DNA of 64,000 nt from a virus. Below the pieces are notes generated by a model. That model saw only the letters and a list, made by a program, of their open reading frames with translations. It had not been told where the DNA came from and searched no databases. The stretch is from the IMG/VR virus record IMGVR_UViG_3300025010_000008, one strand, 5' to 3'. Numbering within the stretch: the first letter of the stretch is position 1; the number at the start of each line of letters is the position of its first letter. Position numbers and translations under genes: made by a program. Of this stretch, positions 1 through 8,900 are shown one piece after another.

Positions 1-333
1 ACTGAGAGGTGCAGGATATGGCTGCAGAAATATTTACAGAGTCGGACCGATGAACATGAAGCCCTGTTTGTAACAGTCAGAAAACCTATCCGACGTATGT
101 CGATAGCCAGAATCAGGGAGATAGTGAAAGATATCGCCAAACACTCTGAGGTGGAAGTAAATGTCTATCCGCACAGATGGCGGCATACGACAGCAACTAC
201 GATGTTGGAGAATGGAGCACCATTGCACGTTATCATGTCCAGCATGGGGCACGCCCGTCCCAGCACCACGATGATTTACGCCCAGCTCTCCGGGGAGCGT
301 CGGCGGCAGGAGTATAACAAATATTTTAGATAG
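1..333 (+). CDS. Tyrosine recombinase/integrase, C-terminal fragment (5' part outside window)
   Basis: Frame 1 is open from base 1 to TAG 331-333. The tail contains HRWRHTTAT and GHARPSTTMIYAQ, the His/Arg box and catalytic-Tyr region typical of the XerC/D-phage integrase family. Confidence 0.8.
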   Translation, partial: TERCRIWLQKYLQSRTDEHEALFVTVRKPIRRMSIARIREIVKDIAKHSEVEVNVYPHRWRHTTATTMLENGAPLHVIMSSMGHARPSTTMIYAQLSGERRRQEYNKYFR

Positions 334-371
334 CCGCTTCCGGGCGGTTTTAATTTTAAGGAGGTAATCCT

Positions 372-809
372 ATGATTTGCGAAGTAAATAAAACTATCGA
401 AGATAAAATTGAAGCAATTAAAAACCGTACACCCGACCAAAAAATGACCCGTGAAGGCGTACCGGTTAGCATCGGCGGCCAAGTATTTAAGATTAAGCCA
501 CTGGTACGCAAACAGGCCCGGGCTTTTCGCCAAAAGTGGGCTGAAATGGCCACAAAGTTTCTACATTTGGATGTCGTACTGACTGATAAAACCTCTTCTG
601 TTAATCCATTTGTTGCGCTTCTTGATAACCTAGGAGAAGCCGAACCCTTGCAGTTAAATGCACTTACCATAGCTATTCCGGAACTGGTAGGCAGAGAGGA
701 CTGGATCGACGATAACGTCACAAATGAGGAGTTGGCAGAGGCTATGTTGCTAGCCCTGCATATGAACGGCATGGGAAACCCTATGAACCCCCGGCAGAGG
801 GGGATGTAA
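372..809 (+). CDS. Tail assembly chaperone (gpG-like)
   Basis: 145-aa acidic ORF with an RBS (aaggagg), immediately upstream of the tape measure gene. It carries a slippery heptamer near its 3' end. Confidence 0.6.
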   Translation: MICEVNKTIEDKIEAIKNRTPDQKMTREGVPVSIGGQVFKIKPLVRKQARAFRQKWAEMATKFLHLDVVLTDKTSSVNPFVALLDNLGEAEPLQLNALTIAIPELVGREDWIDDNVTNEELAEAMLLALHMNGMGNPMNPRQRGM

Positions 810-1069
810 CATTAGCTAACGTTTATGAAGCATTTATGACTGCTTTCCCTGCTTACACGGTTGATAAAATTGAAAATGAGCTTACCGATGACCAAATTGT
901 CTTATTAATGGAAAGCCGGGTAGACAGAGTTGGAGGCGAAACGGTATCTACTGAAAGCCTCGCACTAAAAGCACTGAACAACAAAGGAAAAGTTAATAAA
1001 ATGGATATTGAGGACCTTGAAAACATGCCTGGATTTGCAGTAGAAAAGGTGGTGGTGAGTCGTGGCTAG
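372..1069 (+). CDS. Tail assembly chaperone -1 frameshift fusion product (gpGT-like)
   Basis: A -1 slip at G GGA AAC (773-779) enters the frame of ORF 836-1069 with no intervening stop. This is the canonical arrangement upstream of tape measure genes. Confidence 0.5.
773..779 (+). promoter_or_regulatory. Programmed -1 ribosomal frameshift slippery site GGGAAAC
   Basis: X XXY YYZ heptamer in the zero frame of 372-809 (atG GGA AAC). The -1 frame stays open to 1069. Confidence 0.5.
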
Positions 1070-4000
1070 TGCAGGCGAATTGCTAATACGGATTATGGGT
1101 GATCCTCGTAACGCAGTACAGGCTTTTATTGGTCTACGACAAGAGTCTCAGTCAAGTATGCGCAGCGTTACTGCAGCAGTTCAGGGTGCCACTACGCAGC
1201 TTTCACGAAATGCAAGCGGAGTCAGGCAAGCCCTTGGAACTATGTTCGATGATGTAACTGCAGATAGATTAATTGATGAGTTGCGGCAGAGTGGTCGTGC
1301 TGGGGAGAGTGCTTCCAGGGAGATTATTCAGGCACTAAATAGGATTCAAGGCGAAACTGATCGTACCGCTACAGGTCTAAATATTTTTGGGGAAGCTTGG
1401 AGAGAGGTTGGACAGGACGCTAGGCGGTCTTTGAATGATACGCAAGATGAACTCAGGGATACTGACAGTATGTTAGACAAGGTTAAAAAAGGCGTTGCTG
1501 CCTTGGCTGCTGGTTTTGCTGGGTTAAAAATTGCGGAGTCTGTGGACGATGCTGCTTCGAGTGCCGGCCATTTACGGGCTATGTTAGGGAAGACAAAAGA
1601 AGAAACAGAAGAGTTTAATAATATAGCTCGTGAAGTTTATGGAGATAACTTTGGCGAGAGTATGCGTGAGGCAAGCGAAACTGTTGCTATGGTAAATCAG
1701 TCTTTAGGCTTAACAGGCGAGGAATTAAAAAAGCAAACCGAAACCGTCCTAATGCTAAATGATGTATACGAAGTATATGGAGCAGATACACAGGCTGATT
1801 TGCAGGCAGTTCGTTCTATGATGACTGCTTGGCGTATTGATTCGCAATATGCCTTGGATATTATTACAAAAGGTTTTCAAGATGGTGCTGGTGCCGCTGG
1901 TGATTTTCTCGACACAATGACTGAATATCCAAAGTTTTTTAAAGATATAGGCCTTAATGCTCAGGATATGTCAAAATGGCTAACTGAGGGCATGAGGGCA
2001 GGTGCTATGGACACAGACAAGCTTGCTGACTCAGTACACGAAATGGCAAGAATTTTTAAAGAAGAGACTGATAGAGCAAACGAAGCATTAGTCCAAATGT
2101 TCCCTGCTGCACAAGCAGAAAAATTAATGGCTGACATTGCTGTTGGTGGCGAAAAAGGTAGGGAAGCTTTTTATACAATAGCTGAAGGTCTTGCTAATAT
2201 TAAAGACCCTGCACAAAGAGCTGCTCTTTCGGTTGAATTGTTTGGCGATGTGGCAGGCGAATTATCATTAAATGTTTTAGATCCGCTATTGAAAAAGTTC
2301 GTTGAATTAAAAGATACGCAGTTGGATACCGCAGGCGCAACAGACTCAATGAATGCTGAATACACTGGCTTGTCGGCAACAATAGAGGGGCTTAAAAAGA
2401 AATTTGAAACATCGCTATTCGGAACAGTTCTTGATGACGCAGTTATGCCACTTGTTGATGGGTTGGGTTCAGTTGGTCTTGCAATGATTGGGTTAGGGCC
2501 AATTGTTACTAAGCTCTCTCTTCTATGGACAAAATACGAGATTGCTACTAAATTAGCAGCGGCAGCGCAATGGGCTCTAAATGCTGCTATGGATGCAAAC
2601 TTAATTGGTGTGATCATTTTAGCTATAGCGGCACTTGTGGCCGGCGGAATTGCCCTATATCAAAACTGGGATACGGTAAAAGCTAAGGTTTCGGAGTTAG
2701 GGCAAGCCGTTAAAACGGTATTCAATAATATAAGATCAAGTGTTTCAGGCTTATGGGAGGAAGCAGTAACCTGGGGCAGCAACATAATTCAAGGCATGGT
2801 AAACGGTATAACATCCAAACTCCAATCGGCAAAAGAAGCTGCACTGTCTGTGGCATCCAGTGTCAAGGATGCCATAACGGGTTTTTTCGATATGCGAAGT
2901 CCTTCCAAAGTGACTGAGGAGCTTGGTAAATACGTTGCCGAAGGTTTAGCAAAAGGTATTGAGAAAGGAACTTCCGAGGCCGAACAAGCTGCAGAAAAAA
3001 TGGCTCAGGCCGTTCAAGGTGCAGTTTCTTTGGTGCTTGGCGACATAGATAAGACGTTTCAACTGGCTTCTGCAGGCTTAGAAGTAAAAAACATGTTATC
3101 AAGCAATAACATAACAGAAATACAGAGACTCAAAAACGAACTTCAAAAACTCCAACTTGAGCTCCAGCAAGCGACAGAAAAAGTAGATGCGCTTAATGAT
3201 ATATACGAAATGACCAAGGCAAAACTTGGCGAAAATAGCGAGGTCACAAAGCAGTACGAATACGACCTGAAAATGGCAAAAATAGCCCTAGAAAAGTTAA
3301 ACATAGAAATAGCCAACAATGCAGTAGCGCAAGAACAAGCTTCTATTGACCAAATTATCAGAAGGCAAAAAGAGCTTTTTGACCAGTACAGTAAGGCACT
3401 TAAAGCAGAATCCGAGGAAATAAAGAAGGCTTACGAAGAACGCAAAGAACTTATCGAGGCAGAAATTGAGGCAGACGAGGAACTTATTAAATCCAAAGAG
3501 GAGCTAATTGATAAGCTTAAAGAGGAAACTGATAGTCGAGTTAAGGCTTTGCAAGCACAAATTGAAGCACTCGAAGAAGAAGCTGACACTGAAAGCCGTG
3601 CTGAGGCTGAGGAAGAATATAACGCAACAATAGCAGAGCTAACCGAAGAACGTAATAAAGAGGCACTATATGCCGGTAAAGAACATAAAGAAAAAGTAGA
3701 AGAACTCGATAAGCAAATAGCCGAGGCTCAAAAAGAATGGCAGGAAAAGCAGAACGAATGGGCAAGGGAAGATCAGGAAAAGGCATTGCAAGATCAAATA
3801 GATGCCATAGAGGAAGAAGCCGATATCCGCGAGGACGCTATAAAAGATGAAATTGACGATATTAAGGCCGCCAACGAAAAGAAGAGAAAAGAACTCGAAA
3901 AATATTACTCTGAAGTTCAGGAGCTTATCTCTGACAGCACATTGGAGATGCTGGCAAAGTTGGCAATGACCAACGATCAATGGTATCAACAAGGTGTTGA

Positions 4001-4691
4001 CTGGATGCATCAATTAGCACAGGGAATGGTGGCAGGGTCTACTGAATTGCCGCTTGGTGCAAGCGAGTTTTTTGGTGGCGTGCAAGCGCAAGGGTCAAGT
4101 GGCGGCGCAGGAAGTGGCACCTCGCAACTAATAGCGTCAATCGGCCCTGGTCAATATATAAACGCAAACGGCACCACATATATGGCATCAAGGGACTTGG
4201 CCGGCATGTTAGATCAACCTGTAGAATGGGACCAGGTGAACCAGAGGGTTAAAATTGGTACTCAATGGTTCACGCCGTGGAAGGTTGAGGATGGTACTTC
4301 TTACGTTGGTATACGCGAAGTTGCCGAAGCGCTTGGGTATACAGTTGGTTGGGATGATAGCAATGTGAAGATTTATAAAGCGGCAAAAGGCGGTATTTTC
4401 CATAGCCCGGCAATAACTCAAATAGCTGAGGCAGGCGGTAGTGAGGTAGCGGCTCCGCTATCAACTCTACTGCCAATGATGCGAGATACATTGATTGATG
4501 CGCTGATGTCTATTGGACCTAAATTTTCGTCAATGACACCCTCACCAGCAATGGCTGGTGGCGGCGATACCATTATAAACCTTACTTTTCCAGGCCCAAT
4601 AACCATTCGTAGTGATGACGATATTGTGCAGATAAGTGACCGACTTGGTGGATTAGTGCGCTCGACACAGCGAGGAGTGGGGAGGCGGTAA
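1062..4691 (+). CDS. Tail tape measure protein with C-terminal wall-binding-like module
   Basis: 1209 aa. It has a long helical/coiled-coil region (EE/KK-rich, 3100-3950) and a hydrophobic segment (about 2440-2660). It sits after the chaperones and before Dit. Confidence 0.9.
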   Translation: MASAGELLIRIMGDPRNAVQAFIGLRQESQSSMRSVTAAVQGATTQLSRNASGVRQALGTMFDDVTADRLIDELRQSGRAGESASREIIQALNRIQGETDRTATGLNIFGEAWREVGQDARRSLNDTQDELRDTDSMLDKVKKGVAALAAGFAGLKIAESVDDAASSAGHLRAMLGKTKEETEEFNNIAREVYGDNFGESMREASETVAMVNQSLGLTGEELKKQTETVLMLNDVYEVYGADTQADLQAVRSMMTAWRIDSQYALDIITKGFQDGAGAAGDFLDTMTEYPKFFKDIGLNAQDMSKWLTEGMRAGAMDTDKLADSVHEMARIFKEETDRANEALVQMFPAAQAEKLMADIAVGGEKGREAFYTIAEGLANIKDPAQRAALSVELFGDVAGELSLNVLDPLLKKFVELKDTQLDTAGATDSMNAEYTGLSATIEGLKKKFETSLFGTVLDDAVMPLVDGLGSVGLAMIGLGPIVTKLSLLWTKYEIATKLAAAAQWALNAAMDANLIGVIILAIAALVAGGIALYQNWDTVKAKVSELGQAVKTVFNNIRSSVSGLWEEAVTWGSNIIQGMVNGITSKLQSAKEAALSVASSVKDAITGFFDMRSPSKVTEELGKYVAEGLAKGIEKGTSEAEQAAEKMAQAVQGAVSLVLGDIDKTFQLASAGLEVKNMLSSNNITEIQRLKNELQKLQLELQQATEKVDALNDIYEMTKAKLGENSEVTKQYEYDLKMAKIALEKLNIEIANNAVAQEQASIDQIIRRQKELFDQYSKALKAESEEIKKAYEERKELIEAEIEADEELIKSKEELIDKLKEETDSRVKALQAQIEALEEEADTESRAEAEEEYNATIAELTEERNKEALYAGKEHKEKVEELDKQIAEAQKEWQEKQNEWAREDQEKALQDQIDAIEEEADIREDAIKDEIDDIKAANEKKRKELEKYYSEVQELISDSTLEMLAKLAMTNDQWYQQGVDWMHQLAQGMVAGSTELPLGASEFFGGVQAQGSSGGAGSGTSQLIASIGPGQYINANGTTYMASRDLAGMLDQPVEWDQVNQRVKIGTQWFTPWKVEDGTSYVGIREVAEALGYTVGWDDSNVKIYKAAKGGIFHSPAITQIAEAGGSEVAAPLSTLLPMMRDTLIDALMSIGPKFSSMTPSPAMAGGGDTIINLTFPGPITIRSDDDIVQISDRLGGLVRSTQRGVGRR

Positions 4692-4692
4692 T

Positions 4693-5493
4693 ATGTATGG
4701 CTTTACGTTCAACGGCACGCACAGCAGCGCATACGGAATATATATGCGCTCCAAAAACCGCCAACTACTGCCAGCCAGTGACGACCAATACAAAGAGATT
4801 CCCGGCATGGATGGATCGCATTTAATGCCCGGATCTCTTAAAGACAGATATATCGACATTGATTGTTCCGTATTAGAAACCAGCCTCCTTGCTCTACGTC
4901 AAAAATCCCGGCAAATCGCCGCCTGGCTTTATACCCCCGCCCGCGCGAAGCTAATATTTGACGACGAGCCAGGGGTGTTTTACTGGGCAAGGCTAATCAA
5001 TCAGGTAGATCTGCAGCAGACGTTTGCTTTAGGGGAATTTACCCTGCAGTTCCGGTGCCTGCCGCACGCATATGCTGTATCACCCGTTATTGTGGAGCAG
5101 GATATGTCTGATGGTGAAACAATCACTTTGACAAATACAGGGGTAAACACCCCAATGTTAATCGAAGTGCAAAACTCTGATTTAACAGGATATAAAGCTT
5201 TCCCCGCCCTTGGTGCCGGTGTTTGCCCGGATATTAGCCTGTCCTCGCTAAATCAAGGATTCACACTGACCATCAACGGGGAGGCCTGTACATATCTCGG
5301 TGCCATAAACACAGGCAAGAAAGTCTACATCGACACTGATCGAATGACGGTTCAGCTAGATGGAACCAATGCGCTGTTATATCACGACGGGACTTTTCCT
5401 GTACTTAATAACGGTAATAATACTATAGTTTATACCAGTCCAAACGGATGCCGCGCGAATATAAAAATAACATACACTGAGAGGTGGTTATAA
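4693..5493 (+). CDS. Distal tail protein (Dit, siphovirus tail component)
   Basis: The N-terminus MYGFTFNGTHSSAYGIYM...LLPASDDQYKEIPGMDGSH resembles the Sipho_tail family. The gene lies directly after the tape measure (stop/start 4691/4693). Confidence 0.7.
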   Translation: MYGFTFNGTHSSAYGIYMRSKNRQLLPASDDQYKEIPGMDGSHLMPGSLKDRYIDIDCSVLETSLLALRQKSRQIAAWLYTPARAKLIFDDEPGVFYWARLINQVDLQQTFALGEFTLQFRCLPHAYAVSPVIVEQDMSDGETITLTNTGVNTPMLIEVQNSDLTGYKAFPALGAGVCPDISLSSLNQGFTLTINGEACTYLGAINTGKKVYIDTDRMTVQLDGTNALLYHDGTFPVLNNGNNTIVYTSPNGCRANIKITYTERWL

Positions 5494-5494
5494 T

Positions 5495-5914
5495 ATGCCA
5501 GTAGAGTCATTTACGCTTAATAAGGACACGAATGATATACCTGTCTGTGCGTTTCAGATAGGAGCCAATGCAATGAACCACATACTTTGGGGTGCTGTGA
5601 AAGTTACGGATGAGGTGCAGGCAACTGATGCGAATGGCTTCTTTCAATGCACTCACTACCCAATACTAGACGTTACCGGCGATGGTGTGATAACTGAAGC
5701 TGATGTCCTGCCGCGAGACAACGGTACAAGTGCTGCGCTTTATGTTGGTACCACTGCCGGAGACGTGGTAAGTAGAACCGGTAAATTTAAGCTTTATTCT
5801 GATGCCGGATTGACTACTCCTGTTACAGCTACCGCTTGCAAATGCACATATTACTACCTTGTGCCTATGTCGGTTACGCCGGAAGGGTATTTAAACACTA
5901 AAGTAATACCTTAA
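5495..5914 (+). CDS. Hypothetical tail-module protein with one dockerin/EF-hand-like loop
   Basis: 139 aa, tightly packed after Dit. Motif DVTGDGVITEADV. Confidence 0.6.
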   Translation: MPVESFTLNKDTNDIPVCAFQIGANAMNHILWGAVKVTDEVQATDANGFFQCTHYPILDVTGDGVITEADVLPRDNGTSAALYVGTTAGDVVSRTGKFKLYSDAGLTTPVTATACKCTYYYLVPMSVTPEGYLNTKVIP

Positions 5915-5930
5915 TAGGGGGAATATCCAT

Positions 5931-8900
5931 ATGGCCAACCTCATAGATAATCCGTTACTTTTAATAAGCACGCCTGATATCCTTCAGGTCATGGACAGCG
6001 AAGGGAATTTCCCTTACGACCCTGCCGATCATTGTTACGCAGCCGGTGGTTGCGATGCCCTGGGCGGGAATGGTATTACTCCGGACAACTATTGGGCGTT
6101 GGGTGGTCCGGATTACGGCACCTTTTTAGCTGCTGGTGGCGTATGGGACGAAAAGCAAACCCCTGACGGTGGGAAAAGCATACTACTGGATATAGCTGAT
6201 CCACTGGTAGCCCAGTCAGGCGGCATAACGCAGGTTATCGCGATTAATCAAACAGAAGTAAAGCCAATCCGCATATCGGCCTATGTTGCTGCGGAAGGAT
6301 GTACTGGTAATCCTAAAGTTACTATTGGTTTTATTGGTCATCCTCCCGGTTGGCCTGCTGTTGGTGGTGGGGATCTGGTTTTTGACGCTGGTACCTACGA
6401 TTTTACATACAAGAAAAAGACTTTTATCCCGTCTAGGCCGGTAAAATACCTGTTCTTGCACCTACTACACAGAGGATTTTCAGCCGGGAAAGCCTGGTAT
6501 GGTAGCTTTACCCTAGAAGAATTAGCTGTAAATCCGGTAGAGTTACCAACAGATAATTGCATCGTAAACCCAAACTTTTTCTATTCAGGGGATGATATAA
6601 CCCCTACGGGTTGGGATATTACGGACGCGATAATGATCGAAGAAATTAACCCGCTTGGTACAATATCAATGCTACTACAGCGAAATAGTTCATTATTGCA
6701 GAAAAATATTTGTATTGACAACGGGCTCCTAAAACAAAAAATAACCGTTTATGCCATGAGTCAGGGAGTTGCTATTTTTAGGGTTAAAATAACCTTATTG
6801 GACAGGTACCGGCGCGCAATCGGGGAGAAAATTGTAAGCGTCCAGGCAACCAGTACATGGAGGGCTACCGATATTTACGTTCTGAGTACAGCGTTTTCCG
6901 AAAAGGCAGATATTGAAATCACAAATGTGGACGGCGATGCTGGGTATATCGGTGGCGTGCTGTTAGTATCTCAGGCATTTACACCGTCAAAAATTGTTGA
7001 TGTGTCGGCAACCACCAATACAGTGACAATACCGGCAGCCAGTGCTGACACAACTGCAGTTATCCCGGTTGGGGCAACGGCAAACCCGAATCACATTGAA
7101 TTTGACATCGGAACCACCAATAGCACCGTATACGTTACTGACGGGCTCATGGGTGACTTTGCCGCTGCTGCTGTGCATGAACCGTTTACTATGCTCAAAA
7201 AAGCGGCCATGACGCAACTGAGCGGCACGGAATACACACTCTACCCTTGGCCGACAGGCATTTCTGGTATTGAGATTGACGGTCAAGAGATAGATCAACT
7301 TCTGAGAATACCTCACGTTGTCCACCCGGATAACTGGCTAGTGACCGACGGAGGCAGCATCCCGGCAGGAGAGACGAGGTATTACTGCGTTACTGCGATA
7401 ACTGGTAGCGGGGAAACGGATCGTTCTAATGAAGTCCGGGCGATAACTGGTGCAGGAACCAACACCAATAGGGTGCCGATTGAGATTACACCGGTGGAAG
7501 GTGCTACAGCATACCGGATTTACATGACACAACACGAGGACACAGATCAGCCTTGGGAATACAGCGTAGCAGGTGTAAAAAAGCTGGTGTGGAATGATGA
7601 GCAGAATCATCTTGTCGCTGAAGTTACGGCTGCACAACTACAGACTGCCGGGTACGTTGTCTATGATACAGGCGCAGCCTTGTCTGCCGGATACCCGCCG
7701 ATTACTAACACTGCCGAACGCTGGACTGTAGACGATGTAAACGAAAAGATTGTTTTTGATGCGGCAAGTACACCAACAGGGACGGTCCAGGCGGTTTACT
7801 CTGTCACTGAAAACCAAAACTCAATAATTTACCTGCCTCACGCTGACAAGTTTTATATTGCCGGTGATGCCGGAATCTATGAATCAGGCGTATTTACGCC
7901 TGGGCAGGCAACACTTACCACTGAGGTCTTAGACGTTGTGGCTTTGTCTTATTTCGGGGAATTGTGGTACATGACAGCCGCAGGAGATGTGAAAAACTTA
8001 ACCGGGACCACGTACCCTGGTGACGTTGGCTTTGTCGCTTTTTGTTTTGTAGATGCCGCACATATCGCCCGGATAACTGCCGCCGGAGCAGTAAAAATAT
8101 TTGATCTGGCCGGAGTTATTACGAGTCAATTTACGTTGACCGGCATAACTGACTGTCAGGGACTAGCATCGTATTTCGATAAGTTGGTTACTTACGACAA
8201 CCAACAGAATAAATTTATCGTCTTTGACCAGCAAGGAAATATTCTACAGTCAATCGACACACCGATTATTGGTGCTACGGCCTGGAACATATCTGGCATT
8301 AACCTGGTAGTCTTGACCAGTTTTACCGTGGCAGTTTTCAGGATACATGCCCAAAACTATTTTAGCAAGCTGGACAAAGAATATTACTTGGGTAACAATC
8401 CCCAGCAACCGTCAATAACGCGGATAAAACTACCGGGTGAAGTGACGGAGCCCACACCACCGGAACTGTTGCCGAATGGCACATTTGAGGACGGGACAAC
8501 CTTTCCGGCAGGATTTAGTATTTACGGGCCGAGTGAAATAGCTACATCATTTTCAACTGAAATAGCCATTCCAGGTACGAAAGCCTTAACGTTTACGTTT
8601 CCAAGTGCTTCTTGGAAAAGCATAAATAAGTACGGTATCCCTGTTATTGGTGGTAGGCAATATAGCTTTTCCATACATGTCAAGGCTACTGCAAACTCCA
8701 ACGGGCTACTTGGTATTCAGTTCGTAGATAAGGACGGAAGCGGTGACGAGACATTTCTCACTGTACCTTATACGACTGAATATACGATATACCAGGCTAT
8801 ATACCAGGCGCCTATTGATGCAGTAACTGTTGAATTTCGCTATCTTTGTTACGGCAGTGATGCTCAGGGTATTACCTATTTTTTGAATGCCTTGAGTCTC

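Noticed and set aside
2171-4859. Multiple minus-strand ORFs inside the tape measure gene (2171-2617, 3666-4013, 4418-4606 and others).
   Set aside because: These are shadow ORFs of a long, compositionally biased coding region with no RBS. The plus-strand gene explains the region.
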